A stretch of DNA of 5,625 nt from Fonticula alba ATCC 38817 (Eukaryota; Protista; Nucleariida), in assembly GCA_000388065.2 (NCBI GenBank), contig KB932207.1; one strand, given 5' to 3'. This document shows positions 1-5,625 of the stretch, one piece after another (the first letter of the stretch is position 1; every line of letters begins with the position of its first letter). Made by a program: the position numbers and the translations under genes. The notes beneath the pieces were generated by a model. That model searched no databases and was not told the DNA's origin. It saw only the letters and a list, made by a program, of their open reading frames with translations.

Positions 1-2
1 CT

Positions 3-260
3 GACGCGCGCTGGCACCATACCCGGCGCTATGCCAAGGGGGACCTGATTGTCTTCGACAACCGTCGGGTTCTGCATGCGCGCACCGCCTTCGAGTCGGC
101 CACCGGTGAGCGGCACCTCCGCGGGTCGTACCTCCGACTGGACGACTGGCGCGCGGCCTGGCGCCAGCACTGTGGCGGCACGGCGGCCGGCGGCTCGGAC
201 GCCGATGATTGCCCTCGTAGCGACTGGGGCTGGGAGGATCCCACCGCCGAGTCCGAGTGA
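3..260 (+). CDS. Second copy of the last 85 codons of the dioxygenase (partial terminal exon, cut by the window edge)
   Basis: Identical to 4485..4742: DARWHHTRRYAKGDLIVFDNRRVLHARTAF...EDPTAESE*, TGA at 258..260. Confidence 0.88.
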   Translation, partial: DARWHHTRRYAKGDLIVFDNRRVLHARTAFESATGERHLRGSYLRLDDWRAAWRQHCGGTAAGGSDADDCPRSDWGWEDPTAESE

Positions 261-543
261 CTCGCGGGACACCTGGGTCCATGCCGTGAGGGTCATTCCT
301 GCCTGCCTTCCGGGGAAAATACACACGCCTTGCACTGCCTCCACACCTTCTGGGATCCCCCCCCCCCCCCCGCTCTGCCACAACCGGGGCCCCATCCTGC
401 TCTGGTCTTCATGGCCACCTGGCCACGGTGATGCTCTCCCCACCTCCAGGCGCATCCATGCACACGCCCGAGACTCGAGATGTGTGCACGTGTCGCCACA
501 TGCGGCGGCGGGCGTGACACGGCACGAGGGGTCATGCCCGCAT

Positions 544-561
544 ACACACACACACACACAC
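544..561. repeat. (AC)9 microsatellite (second copy at 5026..5043)
   Basis: Read directly. Confidence 0.95.
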
Positions 562-646
562 CGCTGATTGGGGCGCGGAGGGGGGGCAACGGGAGAAAGA
601 AACCCTGCCGGGGGGGAGGGGGGAACAAAGCCCAAGGAGCCACAGG

Positions 647-676
647 ATGCATGTATGTATGTATTTGTGTATATTT
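647..676. terminator. AT-rich island, possible 3'-end processing/polyadenylation signals between the convergent gene ends (second copy at 5129..5158)
   Basis: Plus strand: ATGCATGTATGTATGTATTTGTGTATATTT, with repeated TGTA/TATGTA. Minus strand: AATATA (675..670) and AATACA (665..660). It is the most conspicuous AT-rich patch between the two stop codons. Confidence 0.3.
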
Positions 677-804
677 CACGCGGAAGAGGTGGGGACACGC
701 TTGGGCACTGCGCGACCGGTGCGAGGGGCGGGGGAACTGGTGCTTGCCTCGCGACACGGGGGGGAGAGGGGGGTGCGCGTGCACGCGCGCGTGTGGGGGA
801 GGAA

Positions 805-820
805 GAGAGAGAGAGAGAGA
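805..820. repeat. (GA)8 microsatellite within a 42-nt pure purine run 795..836 (second copy at 5287..5302)
   Basis: Read directly. Confidence 0.95.
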
Positions 821-1144
821 GGGAAGAAAAGGAGGGCAAGGAAGAAGGACGGAGAGAGATTCGGCAATGGCACAGGAAAAACAAGGACAGGGGCCAGCCG
901 TCAGAGGAGAGGCGAGGGGGGAAAGAGAGAGGGAGACAAAGAGACGAAGGAATAGAGAGGGGGGGGGGGAATCCCCGAGGGAGGGGGAGAGAGGGAGAAG
1001 AGGAAAAGAAGGACAAGGAGACGTTGCCGGGAAAGGAAACTGGTCGAGGGAAAATTGGAGAGGAGGGCACAGAAGCGGGGGACAACGGAGGAGGGGGGCC
1101 GCCGGGGGAGGATCAGGATGGAGGAGGATGGAACGAGGGCGAGC

Positions 1145-1227
1145 GAGAGAGAGAGAGAGAGAGAGAGAGAAGTGACACATGCCCATGCGCATGTGTGGGA
1201 GTCTCTCCCTCTCTCTCTCTCTCTCTC
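1145..1227. repeat. Inverted repeat/hairpin: (GA)13 arm and (TC)-rich arm around an inner ACACATGC/GCATGTGT stem
   Basis: 1145..1170 is complementary to 1202..1227 (26 bp, one mismatch). 1175..1182 is complementary to 1189..1196, with a 6-nt loop. Confidence 0.85.
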
Positions 1228-1262
1228 CCGGCACCATCCCGCCTGGCTTTGGGCTCCTCGCT

Positions 1263-3063
1263 TTAATCGGCCTTGATGGTGGCGGCCTTGGCCATCGAGG
1301 GGGTGGTGAGATCGGCGGCGGCGGCGGCGGCAGCCACCGGCTTCTTGGGGCCGCCAGGGGCCGCGGCGGTGCGCGGAGGCGGGGGGATGAGCTTCAGCAC
1401 CACCCAGATGACCAGCGACAGGTAGTGGCCCATGTAGCCGAAGTGCGACCAGACGGTCAGGCCGGCCTCCAGGGTCAGGCCGACGAAGGAAGCCGCCAGG
1501 TAGCTGACCGCCAGCAGGGAGGCGGCCCAGGTGAAGATGTCATACAGGAGCTGGGTGGTGGGGGTGGAGCCCGGGGTGATGATGCGGGGGCGGATCTTCC
1601 GGCGGAACTCGCGGTTGATGACCTGCATGAAGCCGGCCGAGAAGAAGAACAGGTAGTAGCCGGCGTAGAAGCCGTGCCAGGAGGCCGAAACGATGTAAGT
1701 GGCGGCCAGACCCCAGGCCGGCGGCACGCGGTCATACACGCTGGTGCGCAGCCACTTGGAGGTGAACTTGTTCCAGCCGACCGACAGACCACGGATGGAG
1801 GTGCCGAGCTCGAACTCCCCGACATTGGCGTTCTCCACGCCGTCCCAGCGCTCCTCGGTGCCCTTGGCGTAGTAGCCGAAGCCGCTGACCAGGCAGCAGG
1901 CCTCGGCCAGGAGCCAGGCAAAGTAGTACTTGGAGCGCTGGACCAGCAGCGAGGAGTACAGCAGGCCGATGCGGTAGAGGATGCCCTGCTGGGCCAGCTC
2001 CGGGCGGTAGAGGTCCGCCACCGGGGCATACTTGTCGCCGATGAAGAAGAGCCCACCGAAGAAGAGAGCCACGGCCATCTGGCGCAGAGCACGCAGGTAG
2101 TTGACGGTCGGAGCGGGCGACCCATCCGGCCGGACCTTGGCGAAGCTGATGGACTGGATGTACTCATGGTAGTCGAAGGCCGGGCCACAGAAGGAGGAGG
2201 CCGGGTGGAGGATGAAGCCGAGGAAGTGCAGGACATTCGGAGGCGAGGGCAGGGCACGGACCACCTGCGAGGGGGAGGGCTCCATGCGGTCGATCTTGGC
2301 ACGGGCGGCCAGGGCCTCGGGGGTGCTGGCATCGCGGGCGAAGCGGACCTTCCACTCGGCGAGGGCCGCATTGAAAACACGCACCCGGTGGCCATCGTAG
2401 ATGGACCACGCGAGGGAGGTCATGCGGATGATGAGGATCATCTGGGGCGCGGAGAAGTCGAAGGCGGTCGGGACGGTGGCCGCGGCGGAGGACGACCCGT
2501 CGGTGATGTCCATGATGAGCGGGGCGCTGGACACGGCCATGCGGTGGATGTGGCCGAGCGAGGTGTAGAACAGCTCGAAGAGGAACACGGCGTAGGGCAT
2601 GATAGAACTGAGGGGCGGGGGCGGGGGAGGAGGGGGACGAGTTAGACGTGTGGGAGGGAGGGGGAGAGAGAGAGAGAGAGAGAAACGAGGGCCGGCGCCG
2701 GCGCCGCCAGGGGACGTACATGGGGAGCAACCACATCATGGCGTAGCTGACGAAGGCCGAGATGGCGACATGGGCCCAGTTGGAGCCGATCACCAGCAGG
2801 CAGAAGAAAAGCCCGGTCAGGGCGCCCCAGAGGGACCGGACGAGCGGCGGCCCGGGCAGGAACCGGGTGATCGGCCCGACCACGAACAGGGTGCCGGCGG
2901 CCGCCAGCAGGAAGGACAGCTGGTCGGTCGGCACGCCGATGGTGTCCGCGTACTTGGAGAGGATCCGCTGGACATAGAGAACGGGCGGAGGGGTGAACGG
3001 CTCGGCCATGGCCTGAACCGTGGTCACGTAGGCCTCCGTGTAGTGGACGAGAGTGTCCCACAT
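1263..3063 (-). CDS. ALE1: MBOAT-family lysophospholipid acyltransferase (ALE1/LPCAT/MBOAT1-2-like); two exons, join(complement 3063..2720, 2607..1263), 562 aa
   Basis: Start ATG at 3063 (MWDTLV...). Exon 1 is hydrophobic and ends CCC AT|GTACGT. A phase-2 splice to CAG|T TCT ATC ATG joins it in frame to the 445-aa ORF (..LLP-I-S-I-MPYAVF..), stop TAA at 1265..1263. Motifs: DFSAPQMILIIRMTSLAWSIYDG, FCGPAFDYHEY, WNKFTSKWLR, and SASWHGFYAGYYLFF with the catalytic His. The symbol is a family-level assignment from recalled motifs; orthology was not tested. Confidence 0.93.
2608..2719 (-). other. Spliceosomal intron of the MBOAT gene (112 nt, phase 2)
   Basis: Donor GTACGT (2719..2714), branch site CTAAC (2645..2641), pyrimidine-rich tracts including (CT)9, acceptor CAG (2610..2608). 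Removing it restores one continuous MBOAT frame. Confidence 0.9.
2665..2682. repeat. (AG)9 microsatellite, i.e. (CT)9 on the sense strand of the MBOAT intron
   Basis: Read directly. Confidence 0.95.
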
Positions 3064-3236
3064 GGCTGCGTGTGTGGCTGAGGGGGAGAAAGGGAGGGGG
3101 GGGGGAGGTCTTGAAAGCTCTCGCGCTCCGGATGGGTGGGGGAGGGGAAGAGGGGGGAGGAGGCAGGCGAAGTGCGCGTGTGTGGAGGGTGATTGGTGTG
3201 TCCCCTCCCGCCAGGGGAATGCACCGAGGGAGGGGC

Positions 3237-3244
3237 TTTTTATA
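3237..3244 (-). promoter_or_regulatory. Candidate TATA box (TATAAAAA) of the MBOAT gene
   Basis: The plus-strand TTTTTATA reads TATAAAAA on the minus strand. It is an isolated AT-rich element in GC-rich DNA, about 175 nt upstream of the ATG at 3063. Confidence 0.45.
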
Positions 3245-3406
3245 TGGTGTCTGGGGGGGCCAGGGGGGAGGGGGGCCAGGGAGGGGACATGTGGAAATGG
3301 GGGCCAGGGAGAGTAGGCCGCCAACCGGCCCACCTAAGCCCAGCACGGTTGGGGCGTTGTGAAAGCCCGGATGTCTCAAGGATGGGCTGGGGGGGGGGGG
3401 GGGGGG

Positions 3407-3416
3407 NNNNNNNNNN
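3407..3416. other. Assembly gap (10 N) preceded by an 18-G run (3389..3406)
   Basis: Literal N characters. The true gap length is unknown. Confidence 0.99.
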
Positions 3417-3511
3417 CCGGGTGTTGCTGCTGACGTCGCTGCTTTCACCATGCGTCCCGCCGCTGCCGCCGCTGCCGCCGCCCCCTCCATCGGGGATGGC
3501 CCTTGCCATAG
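3417..3511 (+). other. 3' part of an upstream intron of the dioxygenase gene (donor not in the visible sequence)
   Basis: No AG from 3417 until the TAG at 3509..3511, CTGAC at 3430..3434, and C-rich (GCC/GCT)n sequence. The TAG is also an in-frame stop just before protein-like sequence begins. Confidence 0.7.
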
Positions 3512-4386
3512 ATCGCCGGGTCCTTCCCCGAGGTCGACTTCGCGGCCACCTTCCGGCCCGATCTGCCGGAGGCCACCCTCAAGCAGGCCACCGCGCACAT
3601 GCTTCACTGCCTGCACAAGTACGGCCTGCTGGTGGTGAAGAATGTCCCCTGCAAGAACTCCCCCCCGGCTTCGGCGGCCTTCGACCCGGTGGACCAGTCG
3701 CGCTTGGTGTCCGAGCGCGTGGCCCCGCTGATGGAGACCTTCTACGGGCTCCTGTGGGATGTTGTTTCGCTGCCGGATGCCGAGAATGTGGCCTACACCA
3801 ATGTTCGCCTGGACCTGCACCAAGACCTGCTGTACTTCGAATCGCCGCCGGGCATCCAGCTGCTGCATTGCCAGCTGAACACCGTGGCCGGGGGGGAGGC
3901 CCTCTTCTCGGACTCCTTCGCTCAGGCCCGGCACTTCCGCCGGGAGTATCCCGACCATTATGAGACGCTTCTCCGGACGCCGGTGGCCTTCCACTACCGG
4001 CGCCTGGGCCGGCGCCGCCGCTTTGTCCGCACAACCTTCGAGCATGATGGCCTGAATGAGATTGAGCGGGTCAACTACTCGCCGCCCTTCATGGCCCCGG
4101 TGGAGGGGCTGACCTTCGACGAGGTGCGCTGCTTCCCGTGAGATGGTGCTCTTCCTGCTGCCATGGCCTCTTTCCGCCCGGCCAGGGCAGGCCCATCGGC
4201 AAGCGCACGCACCTATGGGTGGGCCTGTCGCTGGTGCCGTGCCTGCTGCTGGAGGAGGGGGAGGGGGGACCAGAGCCGGGGCCGAGCGACACTCGAAGCG
4301 GACTCCATTGGCCCGCACTTCACTCCACTGCCAACTTCTGATCTGACCATGCCCATCTGCCGATGCCACTACACATGTACATGCCT

Positions 4387-4417
<31 letters not shown>

Positions 4418-4742
4418 CGCGTGTTTCCACACGTAGGTTCAGCGCTTCTACGAGGCCTTCGCCCTCTGGGAGCAGACCGTGTCTGACGCGCGCTGGCACC
4501 ATACCCGGCGCTATGCCAAGGGGGACCTGATTGTCTTCGACAACCGTCGGGTTCTGCATGCGCGCACCGCCTTCGAGTCGGCCACCGGTGAGCGGCACCT
4601 CCGCGGGTCGTACCTCCGACTGGACGACTGGCGCGCGGCCTGGCGCCAGCACTGTGGCGGCACGGCGGCCGGCGGCTCGGACGCCGATGATTGCCCTCGT
4701 AGCGACTGGGGCTGGGAGGATCCCACCGCCGAGTCCGAGTGA
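3512..4742 (+). CDS. Fe(II)/2-oxoglutarate dioxygenase, TauD/TfdA fold, gamma-butyrobetaine dioxygenase/AIM17-like; 5'-partial, join(<3512..4123, 4437..4742), 305 aa visible
   Basis: The frame of the 3599 ORF is open back to 3512 (IAGSFPEVDFAATFRPDLPEATLKQATAHMLHCLHKYGLLVVKNVP), directly after a TAG acceptor. Motifs: ETFYGLLWDV, ENVAYT, the HxD motif in LDLHQDLLYFESPPGIQLLHC, and GGEALFSDSF. After a phase-0 splice (TFDE|VQRFYEAF) come GDLIVFDNRRVLHARTAF (distal His) and RHLRGSY. Stop TGA at 4740..4742. The substrate cannot be assigned. Confidence 0.9.
4124..4436 (+). other. Spliceosomal intron of the dioxygenase gene (313 nt, phase 0)
   Basis: GAG|GTGCGC donor at 4124, candidate branch site CTGAC at 4343..4347, acceptor TAG ending at 4436. 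The splice joins two halves of the TauD domain in frame. Confidence 0.85.
4386..4424. repeat. Compound microsatellite (TG)12(CG)6 within a 39-nt alternating purine-pyrimidine tract
   Basis: Read directly; it ends about 10 nt before the intron acceptor AG. Confidence 0.95.
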
Positions 4743-5625
4743 CTCGCGGGACACCTGGGTCCATGCCGTGAGGGTCATTCCTGCCTGCCTTCCGGGGAAA
4801 ATACACACGCCTTGCACTGCCTCCACACCTTCTGGGATCCCCCCCCCCCCCCCGCTCTGCCACAACCGGGGCCCCATCCTGCTCTGGTCTTCATGGCCAC
4901 CTGGCCACGGTGATGCTCTCCCCACCTCCAGGCGCATCCATGCACACGCCCGAGACTCGAGATGTGTGCACGTGTCGCCACATGCGGCGGCGGGCGTGAC
5001 ACGGCACGAGGGGTCATGCCCGCATACACACACACACACACACCGCTGATTGGGGCGCGGAGGGGGGGCAACGGGAGAAAGAAACCCTGCCGGGGGGGAG
5101 GGGGGAACAAAGCCCAAGGAGCCACAGGATGCATGTATGTATGTATTTGTGTATATTTCACGCGGAAGAGGTGGGGACACGCTTGGGCACTGCGCGACCG
5201 GTGCGAGGGGCGGGGGAACTGGTGCTTGCCTCGCGACACGGGGGGGAGAGGGGGGTGCGCGTGCACGCGCGCGTGTGGGGGAGGAAGAGAGAGAGAGAGA
5301 GAGGGAAGAAAAGGAGGGCAAGGAAGAAGGACGGAGAGAGATTCGGCAATGGCACAGGAAAAACAAGGACAGGGGCCAGCCGTCAGAGGAGAGGCGAGGG
5401 GGGAAAGAGAGAGGGAGACAAAGAGACGAAGGAATAGAGAGGGGGGGGGGGAATCCCCGAGGGAGGGGGAGAGAGGGAGAAGAGGAAAAGAAGGACAAGG
5501 AGACGTTGCCGGGAAAGGAAACTGGTCGAGGGAAAATTGGAGAGGAGGGCACAGAAGCGGGGGACAACGGAGGAGGGGGGCCGCCGGGGGAGGATCAGGA
5601 TGGAGGAGGATGGAACGAGGGCGAG
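4483..5625 (+). repeat. Terminal direct repeat, copy 2 (1143 bp)
   Basis: Begins CTGACGCGCGCTGGCACC, as position 1 does, and ends GGAACGAGGGCGAG, as 1130..1143 does. Confidence 0.97.

Larger units (their letters stand above)
1..1143 (+). repeat. Terminal direct repeat, copy 1 (1143 bp)
   Basis: Matches 4483..5625 at offset 4482. ORF pairs 29/4511, 49/4531, 647/5129 and 676/5158 share that offset and have identical translations. C15 (357/4839), (AC)9 (544/5026) and G11 (959/5441) have the same lengths in both copies. Checked by eye, not by alignment. Confidence 0.97.

Noticed and set aside
293-1266. Overlapping 100-314 aa ORFs in the intergenic region, and their copies including 4320..5567
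   Set aside because: Low-complexity translations of (GA)n, (CT)n and G-run DNA (ERERER, LSLSLS), stop-poor because of composition.
1263-1290. C-terminal dilysine ER-retrieval signal on the MBOAT
   Set aside because: The end is ...AATIKAD, with Lys only at -3, which does not fit KKxx or KxKxx.
1475-2395. 306-aa alternative-frame ORF within MBOAT
   Set aside because: Ser/Pro/Arg-rich off-frame product typical of high-GC coding DNA.
1179-2645. 488-aa plus-strand ORF
   Set aside because: Antisense shadow of the GC-rich MBOAT exon. It is Gly/Arg/Ala-rich with no recognisable domain and starts in a microsatellite.
2164-3333. 389-aa ORF taken as a single protein with start at 3333
   Set aside because: Only 3063..2720 is a credible exon. 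The first 90 aa are Pro-rich UTR/promoter translation, and the part after the donor runs through the intron into the wrong frame.
3389-3406. 18-G run as a functional element
   Set aside because: It abuts the gap, so its length is unreliable and it may be a sequencing artefact.
4138-4346. Short ORFs inside the dioxygenase intron as a cassette exon or nested gene
   Set aside because: The flanking exons already join into a continuous TauD domain, and the short ORFs have no recognisable motif.
2642-4432. 596-aa minus-strand ORF
   Set aside because: Antisense to the dioxygenase, reads through the N gap and microsatellites, and has no domain signal.
1-5625. LTR retrotransposon or LTR-flanked gene capture
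   Set aside because: The repeats include part of a host exon, run to the window edges and lack TG...CA ends. The internal genes keep their introns, and there is no gag/pol, PBS or TSD evidence.
1-5625. CRISPR array, tRNA, rRNA or telomeric repeats
   Set aside because: I saw no regularly spaced repeat-spacer pattern, RNA-gene signature or telomere-type tandem motif.

Overview
GC-rich, microsatellite-dense eukaryotic genomic DNA with spliceosomal GT-AG introns and fungus-like CTRAC branch sites. It holds two spliced genes. (1) A complete minus-strand MBOAT lysophospholipid acyltransferase of the ALE1/LPCAT type: join(3063..2720, 2607..1263), 562 aa. (2) A plus-strand, 5'-partial TauD-fold Fe(II)/2-oxoglutarate dioxygenase of the gamma-butyrobetaine hydroxylase/AIM17 type: join(3512..4123, 4437..4742), 305 aa visible. 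Its N-terminal exon(s) are missing and would lie in or before the 10-N gap at 3407..3416. The main structural feature is that 1..1143 and 4483..5625 appear identical (offset 4482), including homopolymer and microsatellite lengths. The window therefore reads as one full turn plus an overlap of a ~4.5 kb two-gene unit. It could be a circular DNA, a very recent tandem array, or two overlapping contigs scaffolded in the wrong order; the sequence alone cannot distinguish these, and an assembly artefact is quite plausible. I recognised no transposase, Rep, integrase, RT, RNA gene or CRISPR array.
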